DNA from: a bacterium
Lineage (GTDB): Bacteria; Bacteroidota; Bacteroidia; UKL13-3
Direction: 5' to 3'
Assembly (NCBI GenBank): GCA_034439755.1
Contig: JAWXAZ010000140.1
Span: 13,789 to 77,788, forward strand
Length of the DNA stretch: 64,000 nt
A program made the position numbers and the translations under genes. Positions 19,840 through 30,882 of this stretch are shown here, one piece after another (the first letter of the stretch is position 1; every line of letters begins with the position of its first letter). The notes under the pieces were generated by a model. The model did no database searches, had not been told where the DNA came from, and saw only the letters and a list, made by a program, of their open reading frames with translations.

Positions 19840-21291
19840 TTGAATCTCGAAGCAAAACAAAAATGGCTTATTGGGTCTGGAATACTTTTTATTCTGCTCA
19901 ACACCATTGGCATTGCCTTTGAATTTTATTGGACTCCGGCCTTGCCTGCTCTGGCCTTGTTATCCCTTCTGGCTTTATTAAGATTAGATGTATTAATTAT
20001 TATTCTGGTTTTCTTGGTTCCACTTTCCATTAACATTGAAAATGTGGTGTTGGGCATGGGCTTATCATTGCCATCGGAACCTCTTATTATTGGAATTTTC
20101 TTGTTGGTGGTCTATAAATTTATTATAGATGGAGAGTATGATTTTAGGGTATTAAAACATCCCATCACCATTGCCATTATACTTAACATGACCTGGATTT
20201 TGGTAACTTCTTTTACCAGCATGGAAAAGGTGGTAAGCATTAAATTTTTCTTGTCGAGATCTTGGTTCTTGGTGGTATTTTATTTCTTGGCGGTTGTGCT
20301 ATTTAGGAAAATAGATTATATAAAAAATTACCTCTGGGCTTATATGATTCCCTTAGCCTTTGTGATTATTTTCACCTTAATAAAACACAGTGAGGACGAC
20401 TTTTCTCAAATTACTTCATTTGAGATTATGGCACCGTTTTATATTGCCCATGGCATTTATGCCGCGGCCATTGCCTTCTTTATTCCCATGCTGTTTATAT
20501 GGGTAATTTTTGGGTTTAAATTGAACCTAAATTTTGGCAGTCTTTTGGCGGTTGTGTTTTTATTGTTGCTATTTTTCTTTGGATTGGTATTGAGTTATAC
20601 CCGAGCAGGTTGGGTTAGTTTGGCTGCTGCAACAATGTTTGGTGCTGCGTTGTTTTTGCGGTTAAGGCTGTGGCATATGATGAGCATTTTAGCCATTGTT
20701 GCTTCCTTTATCTTGGTTAATTTTGATGATATTTTTTATCAACTGTATCAAAACAAACAGAACTCTGCAGAGGGTTTTGAAAAGCATTTAGAATCTGTTT
20801 CTAATGTTAGGAATGATGTGTCGAATTTAGAGCGTGTAAACAGGTGGGCGGCGGCAATCAATATGGTTAAAGAAAAACCATTCGTAGGTTTTGGTCCGGG
20901 AGCCTATTCATTTACCTATGCGCCATACCAAGACCCCGAGTTTAAAACGCCTATTACAACAGCCTTTGGCGACCAAGGTCATGCTCACTCTGAGTATTTA
21001 AATCCATTGGCAGAAAGTGGATGGATGGGATTGATAACGTTTTTAATTATACTCTATTTTGTTTTTAAAAGGGGTTTATTTTTGGTTTACCACGGGCGCA
21101 CCTTTGAGATAAGAATGTTGAGTGCTGGTATGTTGTTGGGATTGGTTACTTATTTGGCCCACGGATTATTAAATAGCTACAGTGAGCAAGATAAAATTGC
21201 GGTTTTATTTTGGGGGTTTATTGCTGTTATAACAGCCTTAGATATTTATCACCAGCCCTTGCCAGCGGCAGAAGATTTAGAAGAGGAATGA
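19840..21291 (+). CDS. O-antigen ligase/polymerase family membrane protein (Wzy_C domain)
   Basis: 483 aa and polytopic. Wzy_C-like segment SYTRAGWVSLAAA, followed by a large loop containing GFGPGAY...HAHSEYL. Confidence 0.65.
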   Translation: MNLEAKQKWLIGSGILFILLNTIGIAFEFYWTPALPALALLSLLALLRLDVLIIILVFLVPLSINIENVVLGMGLSLPSEPLIIGIFLLVVYKFIIDGEYDFRVLKHPITIAIILNMTWILVTSFTSMEKVVSIKFFLSRSWFLVVFYFLAVVLFRKIDYIKNYLWAYMIPLAFVIIFTLIKHSEDDFSQITSFEIMAPFYIAHGIYAAAIAFFIPMLFIWVIFGFKLNLNFGSLLAVVFLLLLFFFGLVLSYTRAGWVSLAAATMFGAALFLRLRLWHMMSILAIVASFILVNFDDIFYQLYQNKQNSAEGFEKHLESVSNVRNDVSNLERVNRWAAAINMVKEKPFVGFGPGAYSFTYAPYQDPEFKTPITTAFGDQGHAHSEYLNPLAESGWMGLITFLIILYFVFKRGLFLVYHGRTFEIRMLSAGMLLGLVTYLAHGLLNSYSEQDKIAVLFWGFIAVITALDIYHQPLPAAEDLEEE

Positions 21292-21416
21292 TATTATAAC
21301 TTTAACCTAAAATAACAATATTACTTATGCGAACTAAGCATACAAGAAGGTTGTGCAGGGTAGTATTTTATGGTTTAACTTTAAGCAAAAATAGTAACAC
21401 AAGAAAGTTTGGCAGA

Positions 21417-22487
21417 TTAGCTTTTTCGATTGATGCTTAAACGCAAGCTAATAATGTTGCTCATGCCAATTAATCCTTGGTTAAAGGCATTGCTTAAGGC
21501 GTAATCTATGGCTAAATTTTTCAATTGAATTCCCATACCTAAACTAGGCATTCCATTTAAAGTTTTTTGTCCGTTAAAATCGGTCACGCGTTGCAAGGTG
21601 CTATAACCACCCCTCAAGAAAATAAAATCGTTGTACCCAAATTCTATTCCAACTCTTGGGTCTAAATTGAGGATAGAACTGCTTATTAACACATTTCGTT
21701 GTCCGTCTGTTGTTAAATCTAAATTCACCTCAGGCAAAATGGTAAACTTTGGGTTCTTCAATTCAAATTTTCTGGCCACACCAAAAGTAAATCTAGGCAG
21801 GGTAAGCTCTAATCCTCCCTCTGGAACAGTATTTCCGGAGGCCACTAATTGCTTCTTATCCTCTTCCGACATTTTATAGGTCCAGGCATTAAATGTAGTA
21901 GTTACATCTCTGGCCATCATTGCATACTTCCAATTGTTGTGCGAATAATTTACCGAAGCATCTAATCCAAAACCCCAAGCTCCACCAAATTCGCCCACAA
22001 CCCGCCTAATAATTTTCACATTACCACCTAACTCTAGCCCCTCAATTTTTGTCTTGGTGGCATACGACCCAACAAAGGCATAATCTACAGCAGAAAAGCT
22101 CCTAATGAGAGAATAATTTATTTGTCCATCTTGCATGAGGTACAAGGTATTGGGAATTCCATCTACTCCAAATCTAATGAAACTAATAGCCGCAGAAGAA
22201 TTTTCATTTAGTTTGAACCCAACACAACCATAATCGTGTTTTGCAATACCTGCAAATTGTTCGTTGTGCATGGCAGCAATTTGCACATTGTCTTTCATGT
22301 TTAGCAAGCCAGTAGGATTCCAATAACTAGCCGTTACATCGTTGGTACTTGCAATTACAGAACCACCCATAGCCATTGCCCTGCCACCAATGCCTATATT
22401 TAAAAACTCATTGCTATATTTTAGCGTTTGAGCCCAAATGGATTGGTTTAGACAGAAACCTAATAACAGAAAAAAATATCTTCTCAT
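21417..22487 (-). CDS. PorV/PorQ-family outer-membrane beta-barrel (T9SS-associated family)
   Basis: 356 aa. Signal peptide, N-terminal GIGGRAMAMGGS...YWNPTGL segment typical of the FadL-like PorV/PorQ family, and beta-barrel periodicity. Confidence 0.5.
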   Translation of the reverse strand: MRRYFFLLLGFCLNQSIWAQTLKYSNEFLNIGIGGRAMAMGGSVIASTNDVTASYWNPTGLLNMKDNVQIAAMHNEQFAGIAKHDYGCVGFKLNENSSAAISFIRFGVDGIPNTLYLMQDGQINYSLIRSFSAVDYAFVGSYATKTKIEGLELGGNVKIIRRVVGEFGGAWGFGLDASVNYSHNNWKYAMMARDVTTTFNAWTYKMSEEDKKQLVASGNTVPEGGLELTLPRFTFGVARKFELKNPKFTILPEVNLDLTTDGQRNVLISSSILNLDPRVGIEFGYNDFIFLRGGYSTLQRVTDFNGQKTLNGMPSLGMGIQLKNLAIDYALSNAFNQGLIGMSNIISLRLSINRKS

Positions 22488-23173
22488 TTAAACACTTCTT
22501 TTAGTTGGAACAAAATACTTTGTGCATTTTTAAATGCAGTTGATTCTAGCTCCCATACACACTCCTGAATGACAATTTTGTTGGCCATTGATAATTCTGG
22601 TAAACCAGCTTTTATCATTATTCTAGTTAACGAAAATGCAAAAAGGTTATTATCTGGGTAATTGCGAATATAAGCAGCTTTGCGAAAATGTTCAAAAAAT
22701 CTCATAAAGCGATCCTCTTCTTGGTGGGTATGCAATGAAATAAAGGCACGAATGTCATTGACATGAATCAAATTTAAATCGGCATAAAAATCTAATCCAA
22801 CTTTGGCTTTATGCCGAACCAAGATTCTATCTACCAGCATTTCGAACAACACATGTCCAATAAACCAGCGGCGTTCTACTGTGCCTTGAAATTGCGCTTG
22901 TTTCAAAACATCGGTGCAAATTTCTGTCCCCCATTTAAAAAATTCTGAGGCATGAAACAGCTTATCTGCTTGATAATGTTGCAGACAACCTAGCGCCAAA
23001 GGATTTAAATGCGCGTAAATTTGGGCATCTAATTTTCCTGGCTGTTTCACAAATCCCCTCGACAAATCTGGAAAAACCAAGCCCAAAGTATAAAGCGGAT
23101 TTTCCCCTTTTTGGTGAACGTAATAGTGTGATAGGTAATTCAAATTGGACCTAAATAAAAACAAAGAAAACAA
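22484..23173 (-). CDS. ACP phosphodiesterase (AcpH/DUF479)-like protein
   Basis: Resembles E. coli AcpH: (M)NYLSHYY vs [19 protein letters not shown], and the HYQADKLFH histidine cluster. The true start may be the TTG at 23143. There is a 4-nt overlap with the downstream barrel gene. Confidence 0.5.
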   Translation of the reverse strand: MFSLFLFRSNLNYLSHYYVHQKGENPLYTLGLVFPDLSRGFVKQPGKLDAQIYAHLNPLALGCLQHYQADKLFHASEFFKWGTEICTDVLKQAQFQGTVERRWFIGHVLFEMLVDRILVRHKAKVGLDFYADLNLIHVNDIRAFISLHTHQEEDRFMRFFEHFRKAAYIRNYPDNNLFAFSLTRIMIKAGLPELSMANKIVIQECVWELESTAFKNAQSILFQLKEVFK

Positions 23174-23244
23174 TAAAGAAGATGCTTTTGTTTATTTTTT
23201 CAAAAATCTCTCACAGAACCTTTCAAAAAACTTATTTTCGCGGT

Positions 23245-24531
23245 ATGACAAATTTTGTGGAAGAAATGCTATGGCGTGGCATGTTGCACGACATGATGCC
23301 TGGAACGGAGGAGCTTTTATTGAAGGAAATAACTTCTGGATATATTGGGTTTGACCCAACTGCCGATAGTTTACATGTGGGACATTTAACCCAAATTATG
23401 ACCCTCATTCATTTTCAGCGTGCGGGGCATAAACCTTATGTTTTGGTGGGTGGAGCAACGGGCATGGTTGGCGACCCAAGTGGCAAATCGAGTGAACGTA
23501 ATTTGCTTTCGGAGGCTATTCTATTTCACAATGTGGCCTGCATAGAGGCGCAACTTTCAAAGTTTTTAAACTTTTCGGAAGGGGCAAATGCGGCGGTAAT
23601 GGTTAATAATTACGACTGGTTTAAGGGATATAGTTTCTTAGAATTTATTAGAGATGTGGGCAAACACATTACGGTAAATTATATGATGGCCAAAGATTCT
23701 GTAAAGAAAAGATTAGAGGGTGAAACGGGAATGAGCTTTACAGAATTCTCGTATCAATTGGTTCAGGGCTACGATTTTTACTACTTATGGAAGGAACACA
23801 ATTGCAAGATTCAAATGGGCGGAAGCGACCAATGGGGCAATATAGTAACTGGAACTGAATTAATTAGGCGCAAATCGCAAGGAGAGGCCTATGCCATTAC
23901 CACAAATTTGATAAAAAAATCGGATGGCACTAAATTTGGGAAAACAGAGAGCGGCGCAATTTGGCTCGACCCAAAAAGGACCTCGTCTTATAAATTTTAT
24001 CAGTTTTGGCTGAACGCGAGTGATGAAGATGCGGCCACATGGATTCGCATTTTTACCCTATTGGGCAAAATAGAAATTGAGGCTTTGGAGGCTGAGCATG
24101 CTTTGGCGCCACATATCAGAACTTTGCAAAAAGCATTGGCCAAGGAGATAACCATTAAGGTGCACTCCGAAGAAGCTTATAATACGGCCATTGAGGCCAG
24201 CAATATTTTGTTTGGCAATTCAACGGCAGAGGCATTTACATCTTTATCAGAAGAAACTTTTTTAGAGATTTTTGATGGCGTTCCACAATTTCAGTTGTCG
24301 AAAAATGAGTTAGCCAATGGCATAGCGGTACTTGATTTATTGGCAGAAAAAACGCAAGTTTTCCCTAGCAAAAGCGAGGCAAAAAAAATGCTTCAAGGTG
24401 GTGGTGTAAGCATGAACAAACATAAAATAGCCGACTTAAATTTAACGGTGAATGCTAGCCACTTAATGAATGAGAAATACTTAATGATTCAAAAAGGAAA
24501 GAAGAACTATTTTCTATTAATTTTTGCATAA
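23245..24531 (+). CDS. tyrS: tyrosine--tRNA ligase
   Basis: Class I HIGH motif (SLHVGHL), KMSKS-equivalent KFGKT, and a C-terminal S4 domain. ATG at 23245 ([12 protein letters not shown]) is preferred over the track start at 23182. Confidence 0.93.
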   Translation: MTNFVEEMLWRGMLHDMMPGTEELLLKEITSGYIGFDPTADSLHVGHLTQIMTLIHFQRAGHKPYVLVGGATGMVGDPSGKSSERNLLSEAILFHNVACIEAQLSKFLNFSEGANAAVMVNNYDWFKGYSFLEFIRDVGKHITVNYMMAKDSVKKRLEGETGMSFTEFSYQLVQGYDFYYLWKEHNCKIQMGGSDQWGNIVTGTELIRRKSQGEAYAITTNLIKKSDGTKFGKTESGAIWLDPKRTSSYKFYQFWLNASDEDAATWIRIFTLLGKIEIEALEAEHALAPHIRTLQKALAKEITIKVHSEEAYNTAIEASNILFGNSTAEAFTSLSEETFLEIFDGVPQFQLSKNELANGIAVLDLLAEKTQVFPSKSEAKKMLQGGGVSMNKHKIADLNLTVNASHLMNEKYLMIQKGKKNYFLLIFA

Positions 24532-25439
24532 TGGTGATGAAGAAAATGAAAACAATTGGGCCAAAAGACCTTCCTTTGGGCGAGTTTCACAATGCCTTAT
24601 TAACAGCGGTTGCGCCTAGGCCAATTTGTTTTGCCAGCACCATAGATAAGGATGGCAATGCGAATTTAAGTCCGTTTAGTTTCTTTAATATTTTTGGTTC
24701 AAACCCAACCCGTTTTATTTTTTCTCCTGCGCGCAGGGTGCGGGATAATACCATAAAACATACGTTGGAAAATGTGATGGCCCACAAAGAGGTTGTAATA
24801 AACATGGTTAATTATGCCATGGTGCAACAAATGAGTTTGGCCAGTTGTGAGTACCCAAGAAATGTAAGTGAATTTGAAAAGGCAGGCCTCACGCCCATTG
24901 CTTCGCAAATGGTAAAACCGTATAGGGTTATGGAAAGTCCGGTTCAATTTGAGTGCAAGGTAGTCGATATCATTGAAACTGGAAAAGAAGGTGGTGCAGG
25001 AAATTTAATTATAGCAGAGATGTTGCTCATGCATATTTCGCCTGATGTGTTGATGGCCGATGGAAAAATTGACCAGCATAAAATGGATTTAGTGGGCAGA
25101 TTGGGTAGCGATTGGTATGTAAGGGCTAGTGGAAATGCGTTGTTTGAGGTGGCAAAGCCAGCTAAGAATTTGGGCATTGGCTTTGACCAACTGCCAGAAC
25201 CAATAAGGAATAGTAAAATATTAACAGGCAATAATTTGGGTATGCTGGCCAATGTGGAGCAATTGCCAGATGGGGATAGTGTGGCCATTTATCAAAGGAT
25301 GAACAAGGAATTGCAAGCTATTTTGAGTTTGGATATTGACAAAGAAACTAAGAATGCAAACATTCAAAAATTGGCTCAACACCTGTTAAATGAGGGTAAA
25401 GTGGTAGATGCTTGGAAGGCGTTGCTGAGCAGTGTCTAA
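24531..25439 (+). CDS. flavin reductase-like (FMN-binding split barrel) protein with C-terminal extension
   Basis: 302 aa. Flavin_Reduct-type N-terminus: AVAPRPICFASTIDKDGNANLSPFSFFN. Confidence 0.6.
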   Translation: MVMKKMKTIGPKDLPLGEFHNALLTAVAPRPICFASTIDKDGNANLSPFSFFNIFGSNPTRFIFSPARRVRDNTIKHTLENVMAHKEVVINMVNYAMVQQMSLASCEYPRNVSEFEKAGLTPIASQMVKPYRVMESPVQFECKVVDIIETGKEGGAGNLIIAEMLLMHISPDVLMADGKIDQHKMDLVGRLGSDWYVRASGNALFEVAKPAKNLGIGFDQLPEPIRNSKILTGNNLGMLANVEQLPDGDSVAIYQRMNKELQAILSLDIDKETKNANIQKLAQHLLNEGKVVDAWKALLSSV

Positions 25440-25629
25440 AAATGCTGTCTATTTTTGGAGAATGGATTCCACTTTTTAGAACACTATTCACTAAGCACAA
25501 TGAGGTTAAAACAGGCTAAAAGTTTTTACTAACTATAAATCAGACTTTTATAAAAATTAAAAATCAATTAAACGATTTTGGCAAAGTATTGGTAATAGGA
25601 GTATTATCTAAAATCATTTTACTTGATAT

Positions 25630-25666
25630 AAAAAAACCAATCTACTTGCCATAGATTGGTTTTTTT
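25630..25666. terminator. bidirectional rho-independent terminator
   Basis: Stem ACCAATCTA (25636-25644) / TAGATTGGT (25652-25660) with a 7-nt loop. An A-run lies on the left and a T-run on the right. It sits between the convergent flavin reductase and yidC genes. Confidence 0.75.
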
Positions 25667-25687
25667 ACTTTATACCGTTTTGAAGTT

Positions 25688-27511
25688 TTACTTCTTACCC
25701 ATTTTATCGGTATCAAAACCACGCTTCTTAGCCATATCTTCTAGCTTTTGCTGGAACTTAGATTTTGTAATAGGCTTTTTCTTGTTCTCTTGAATTTGGG
25801 CATGCAAGGCTTTATCATCTACAAATTGGCGAATAAGCAATTGCTGACCAATGGTAAATAGGTTCGACAAGAAATAATAATAGGTTAAACCGCTGGCGTA
25901 GTTATTAAAGAAACCAAGGAACATGAGTGGCATTAGATAAGAAATGGTTTTCATTTGTCCGGTTACGCCTGTCATTTGGTTGTTATACATGGTATAAACC
26001 AAAGTAGAAACTGTCATTAACAAGGTAAACAAACTCACGTGATCGCCATAAAAAGGAATGCTGAATCCGAGGTTAAAAATACTATCGTAACTAGAAAGGT
26101 CATCGCTCCACAAGAAAGCTTTCTGACGTAATTCAAATGCACTTGGAAAGAATTGGAACATGGCAATAAGGATTGGCATTTGAAGAACTACAGGAAGGCA
26201 ACCACCCATTGGGTTAACACCTGCCTTGCGATAAAGCTTCATATTTTCTTGTTGCATTTTGGCCATATCATCGCCATATTTTACTTTTATCTCATCAATT
26301 TCGGGCTTCAACACACGCATTTTTGCAGAAGATTGGTAAGATTTATAAACCAAAGGGAATAGGATGGTCTTAACAATGAGGGTTAATAAAAGAATGATGA
26401 TACCAAAATTAGAAAGGTATTGACCTAAGAAATAGAATACATTTACGGTCAGTAATTTATTTACCCAGCCAAAAATACCCCAACCCATTGGCACAACCTT
26501 TTCTAGGTTAATGTTAAGGGCTTTTAAAGTTTTATAATGGTTTGGTCCAAAATAAAACTGCATGGCATAAGATTCTTTTTCATTGTGGGTGTAGGTTAAG
26601 CCAATATTTGAGCTTAAGATTTTTACATATTTCTTAGATTCATCAAGCTTAGCTTCAAGGCCTGCATTATCAAAGTTTTGCATTCCAATTAAGGAAATAT
26701 TAAAGTATTGCTGTTTATAGGAAATCCACTGAATTGGTGTTTTAACATCTTCTTTGTCGCCTTCGGTTTCGCTTAAGAACTCAGGATCTTCATTGGGGTA
26801 TCTGTAATAAATAGTCGAAGTTTTCTCCTCTGCCTCATGCGTCTTTTCTTGTTGCAATAAATTTTGTTTCCAGGTTAAGTCTAAGAAATTATTGTTATTG
26901 GCAATTACATTATTCATACCAACCAAGTTGATTTTAAAATCAACCAAATTATTATTTTCGTTTAAGCCAATAAAGTGCTCAATATATTGTCCATCGGCCA
27001 GGTTCACACTCATGGTAACACTCTTGCCATCTTCGGCCAATTTTGGCGTAAAATATAAATCCTTGGTAGAAATTGCCTTGGCATCTTTTGTTGCAAAGCC
27101 ATAAGAGAAATCGTTGCCCTTACCATCTACCAATAACAAAGGAGAGCCATCTGCACGGAGGTATTTTTTTAGCTCAACTTGAAAGATTCTTCCCCCTTTA
27201 TTAACTACCTTAACTTTAATTTCTTCGTTTTCGAGGGTGGTATAAGCCTCATTTCCTTCAGAGAAATTGGCAAATGTGCCATAAGCATTTTGCTTGGCGT
27301 TGCTATCCACTTTTATTTCCTTGGCGGCAGCAATTTCTTCGGTCTGAACCAAAGTTGCGGCGATGCTATCGTTTTGAAGGCGAACCAGTGCCAATGAATC
27401 TTGTCTAAATTTACTGGCGTCTATCTCTACTTGAGAAGGTTGATTGATGTATGCAAAAGTGATTAGGATCAAAAAAATAAGTCCTAATCCGATGATCGAA
27501 TTTCTATCCAT
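25688..27511 (-). CDS. yidC: membrane protein insertase YidC (long Bacteroidota form)
   Basis: 607 aa. N-terminal transmembrane helix, large periplasmic domain, and a conserved C-terminal core (GVNPMGGCLPVVLQMPILIAMF). Confidence 0.92.
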   Translation of the reverse strand: MDRNSIIGLGLIFLILITFAYINQPSQVEIDASKFRQDSLALVRLQNDSIAATLVQTEEIAAAKEIKVDSNAKQNAYGTFANFSEGNEAYTTLENEEIKVKVVNKGGRIFQVELKKYLRADGSPLLLVDGKGNDFSYGFATKDAKAISTKDLYFTPKLAEDGKSVTMSVNLADGQYIEHFIGLNENNNLVDFKINLVGMNNVIANNNNFLDLTWKQNLLQQEKTHEAEEKTSTIYYRYPNEDPEFLSETEGDKEDVKTPIQWISYKQQYFNISLIGMQNFDNAGLEAKLDESKKYVKILSSNIGLTYTHNEKESYAMQFYFGPNHYKTLKALNINLEKVVPMGWGIFGWVNKLLTVNVFYFLGQYLSNFGIIILLLTLIVKTILFPLVYKSYQSSAKMRVLKPEIDEIKVKYGDDMAKMQQENMKLYRKAGVNPMGGCLPVVLQMPILIAMFQFFPSAFELRQKAFLWSDDLSSYDSIFNLGFSIPFYGDHVSLFTLLMTVSTLVYTMYNNQMTGVTGQMKTISYLMPLMFLGFFNNYASGLTYYYFLSNLFTIGQQLLIRQFVDDKALHAQIQENKKKPITKSKFQQKLEDMAKKRGFDTDKMGKK

Positions 27512-27595
27512 TTTGTTAATTAAAGCGGGGCGAAAATAGGTAAATACCTGAAATTATTCACAGAAGATTGCTTAGGAATTTTGCTTTAGGGTTTA

Positions 27596-29206
27596 TTATC
27601 GTTGACTGTAGGTAACTGCAGCTTTTACAAATTTCACAAATAAAGGGTGTGGGTTCAGAACGGTACTTTTATATTCTGGATGAAATTGCACCCCAATAAA
27701 ATAAGGATGACTCTTAATTTCAACTATTTCTGCCAATTTTGTATCTGGGTTGATGCCTGTAATTTGCATGCCGTTTACCTCAAAATCTTTTATATAATCG
27801 TTGTTAAATTCGTAACGATGGCGGTGGCGTTCATTCACTTTAGATTTTTCGTAAGCACTATAGGCTTTAGAACCTTTGGTTAATTCACACACGTAGGACC
27901 CCAAACGCATGGTTCCTCCCTTTTTGGTAATTTTCTTTTGATCAGACATCATGTCTATTACGGCATGTTTGGTTTTGGGATTCATTTCGGTGCTGTGGGC
28001 ATCTTTCCAACCAATAACATTACGGGCAAATTCGATTACGGCCATTTGCATTCCTAGGCATATTCCAAAGAAAGGAATATTGTTTTCACGGGCATATTTA
28101 ATGGCCAATATTTTACCTTCAATTCCCCTATCCCCAAATCCTGGAGCAACTAAAATTCCATCTAATTCACCTAGTTTTTGGCCTAAATTATCGTCGGCTA
28201 AAAGTTCGCTGTGAATATATTGCACGCGCACCCTAGCTTCATTGGTAGCACCCGCATGAATAAACCCTTCGATAATCGATTTATAAGCATCTGGTAGTTC
28301 AATATACTTTCCAATTAAACCTATCCTAACCTCATGTTTGGGATTTTTATGTCGGGTTAAAAACGTCTTCCAGCTTTCTAAATCGGGTTCATTCTTGGCA
28401 CTTAATTTCAATTTAGATAGTACGGTTTTATCTAACTTTTCCTTTAACATCATTAAAGGAACATCATAAATAGTGGGAACATCCAAAGCCTCAATTACCG
28501 AGTTTGAATCTACGTTACAGAACAGGGCAATTTTCTTACGCATTTCTTTGGTAATGGCATGTTCTGTTCTACATACTAAAATATCTGGCTGCACGCCACT
28601 CTCTAGCAACAATTTTACACTGTGCTGGGTAGGTTTTGTTTTTAACTCTTTGGTTGAACTTAAGTAAGGCAATAGGGTTAAATGAATGACCAATGCATCC
28701 TCTTCTTTTTGCTCCCATAATAACTGTCGAACCGATTCGATATAAGGAAGTGACTCTATATCGCCAACGGTACCGCCAATTTCGGTGATGATGATTTCAT
28801 ATTCGCCCGTTTCTCCAAGCAATTTAATGCGGCGTTTTATTTCATCGGTAATATGCGGAATAACTTGAACCGTTTTGCCAAGGTATGCACCCTCTCTTTC
28901 TTGGTTAATAACGTGCTGGTAAATTCTACCGGTGGTAACATTATTGGCTTGTGAAGTAGGGTTGTTTAAAAATCTTTCGTAATGACCCAAATCTAAATCG
29001 GTTTCGGCACCATCTTCTGTTACAAAACACTCTCCATGTTCGTAAGGATTCAGTGTTCCAGGATCAACATTGATATAAGGATCTAGTTTCTGAATGGTTA
29101 CGGTATACCCTCTTGCTTGCAATAACTTAGCTAAAGAAGCAGCGATAATTCCTTTGCCTAAAGACGATGTAACTCCGCCTGTAACGAAAATATATTTTGG
29201 TGTCAT
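27596..29206 (-). CDS. pyrG: CTP synthase
   Basis: 536 aa. MTPKYIFVTGGVTSSLGKG N-terminus and the glutamine amidotransferase domain GICLGMQ...HRHRYE. Confidence 0.97.
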   Translation of the reverse strand: MTPKYIFVTGGVTSSLGKGIIAASLAKLLQARGYTVTIQKLDPYINVDPGTLNPYEHGECFVTEDGAETDLDLGHYERFLNNPTSQANNVTTGRIYQHVINQEREGAYLGKTVQVIPHITDEIKRRIKLLGETGEYEIIITEIGGTVGDIESLPYIESVRQLLWEQKEEDALVIHLTLLPYLSSTKELKTKPTQHSVKLLLESGVQPDILVCRTEHAITKEMRKKIALFCNVDSNSVIEALDVPTIYDVPLMMLKEKLDKTVLSKLKLSAKNEPDLESWKTFLTRHKNPKHEVRIGLIGKYIELPDAYKSIIEGFIHAGATNEARVRVQYIHSELLADDNLGQKLGELDGILVAPGFGDRGIEGKILAIKYARENNIPFFGICLGMQMAVIEFARNVIGWKDAHSTEMNPKTKHAVIDMMSDQKKITKKGGTMRLGSYVCELTKGSKAYSAYEKSKVNERHRHRYEFNNDYIKDFEVNGMQITGINPDTKLAEIVEIKSHPYFIGVQFHPEYKSTVLNPHPLFVKFVKAAVTYSQR

Positions 29207-29412
29207 AATGTTTTTAAAATGTAGTCACCAAAAACGGATATAAACTAATGGAAATCATTGATCTAAAGAGATTTAGAGCAAATTTTCAATGAAGAAAAGT
29301 TCAACCGTAATTGAGTTCTTACGGGGCACAAAAATAGGTTACAAAGGCTCATGAACAAAGGTTAAAGGCCGATTGTTTTCAAAAAGTTGTTCACAAAAGG
29401 TGCAATCGCAAC

Positions 29413-30792
29413 TTATATCTCGCGATTTACATCCCACTGCTCCATATAATCGGAAACTCGTTTTAAGAAGCTACCACCCAAAGAGCCATCCACCACCCTA
29501 TGGTCGTAGCTTAAGCTTAAGAACATCATGTGCCTAATGGCAATCACATCGCCCATTGAGGTTTCTAAAACGGCTGGCTTTTTCTTGATACTGCCTGTTG
29601 CCATAATGGCCACTTGAGGCTGATTAATAATGGGTGTTCCCATTAAATTTCCAAATCCGCCTACATTGGTTAGGGTAAAAGTACCCCCTTGAATATCGTC
29701 TGGAACTAATTTATTGTTACGCGCTCTATTGGCAAGGTCGTTAACCGATTTTGTTAACCCAATTAGGTTCATCATATCTGCACCCTTTATTACAGGAACA
29801 ATTAAGTTTCCGCTAGGCAAGGCAGCGGCCATTCCAATATTGATTGCTTTTTTCTTAATAATATTGGTTCCATCTATAGAAACGTTTATCATCGGAAAAT
29901 CTTTGATTGCCCTTGCCACACATTCAATAAACATTGGTGTGAAGGTGATTTTTTCGCCTTCTCTTTTTTCGTATACTTTCTTGGCTTTTTCTCTCCAAAC
30001 CACCATATTGGTTACATCTGCTTCCACAAAAGAAGTAACATGCGGACTGGTATGCTTGCTCATAACCATGTGGTCGGCAATTAGCTTGCGCATGCGATCC
30101 ATTTCAATAATTTCATCGCCGCCAGAAAGGCTAACAGGAGGTTTTGGTGCAGGAGAGGTTCCAGTGCTTGGCTTGGCTGCTGGTGTTGTTGAAACTACTG
30201 ATGCAACAGGTTCAGTTGGAGCAACAGGCGCAGAAACAGGCGCAGAAGCCGTTACAGCTGGTGCTACAGAAACATTGCCTCTATTTTGAACAAGAGATAA
30301 TACATCTCTTTTCGTTACCCTACCTTCGGCACCAGTACCTTGGATAGATTCCAACTCGGCCATGCTGATATTTTCTGTGCGGGCAATATTAAGAACTAAA
30401 GGAGAATAAAATCTATTTCCGCCAGCATTGCTCACGGTTTGTTGCGCAGCTGAAATGCTTTGTTCTACTTGCTCAACAACTTGTTTAACCTCTACAGCTG
30501 CTTCAATCTTTGGTGCGGCAGCCATCACTGGCGCAGAGACCGCTGCCGAACCCTCAAGTTCAATAATTGCAATTGGCGCATTAACTGGCACCACATCACC
30601 CTCATTAAATAAACGCTTAATCAATTTTCCGGCCTTTGGAGAAGGAACCTCCGAATCAACTTTATCGGTAGCAATTTCAAGGACAGTTTCATCCACCGCA
30701 ATGGAATCACCCTCGTTTTTTGTCCAACGAATAATGGTTGCTTCTGCAATACTTTCGCCCATTTTGGGCATCACCAATTGAAATTCAGACAT
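29413..30792 (-). CDS. 2-oxoacid dehydrogenase E2 component (dihydrolipoamide acyltransferase)
   Basis: 459 aa. Lipoyl domain (EIATDKVDSEVPSP), Ala/Pro-rich linkers, E1/E3-binding domain, and catalytic DHRVVDG. Confidence 0.88.
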   Translation of the reverse strand: MSEFQLVMPKMGESIAEATIIRWTKNEGDSIAVDETVLEIATDKVDSEVPSPKAGKLIKRLFNEGDVVPVNAPIAIIELEGSAAVSAPVMAAAPKIEAAVEVKQVVEQVEQSISAAQQTVSNAGGNRFYSPLVLNIARTENISMAELESIQGTGAEGRVTKRDVLSLVQNRGNVSVAPAVTASAPVSAPVAPTEPVASVVSTTPAAKPSTGTSPAPKPPVSLSGGDEIIEMDRMRKLIADHMVMSKHTSPHVTSFVEADVTNMVVWREKAKKVYEKREGEKITFTPMFIECVARAIKDFPMINVSIDGTNIIKKKAINIGMAAALPSGNLIVPVIKGADMMNLIGLTKSVNDLANRARNNKLVPDDIQGGTFTLTNVGGFGNLMGTPIINQPQVAIMATGSIKKKPAVLETSMGDVIAIRHMMFLSLSYDHRVVDGSLGGSFLKRVSDYMEQWDVNREI

Positions 30793-30882
30793 AGCGTTTA
30801 TTTTGGGTAAATTTTCCGACGGGCAAATTTACCCTAAAATCCCAATTGACAAAACTTTTCTGGCACCCATTCACGCAAAGTC

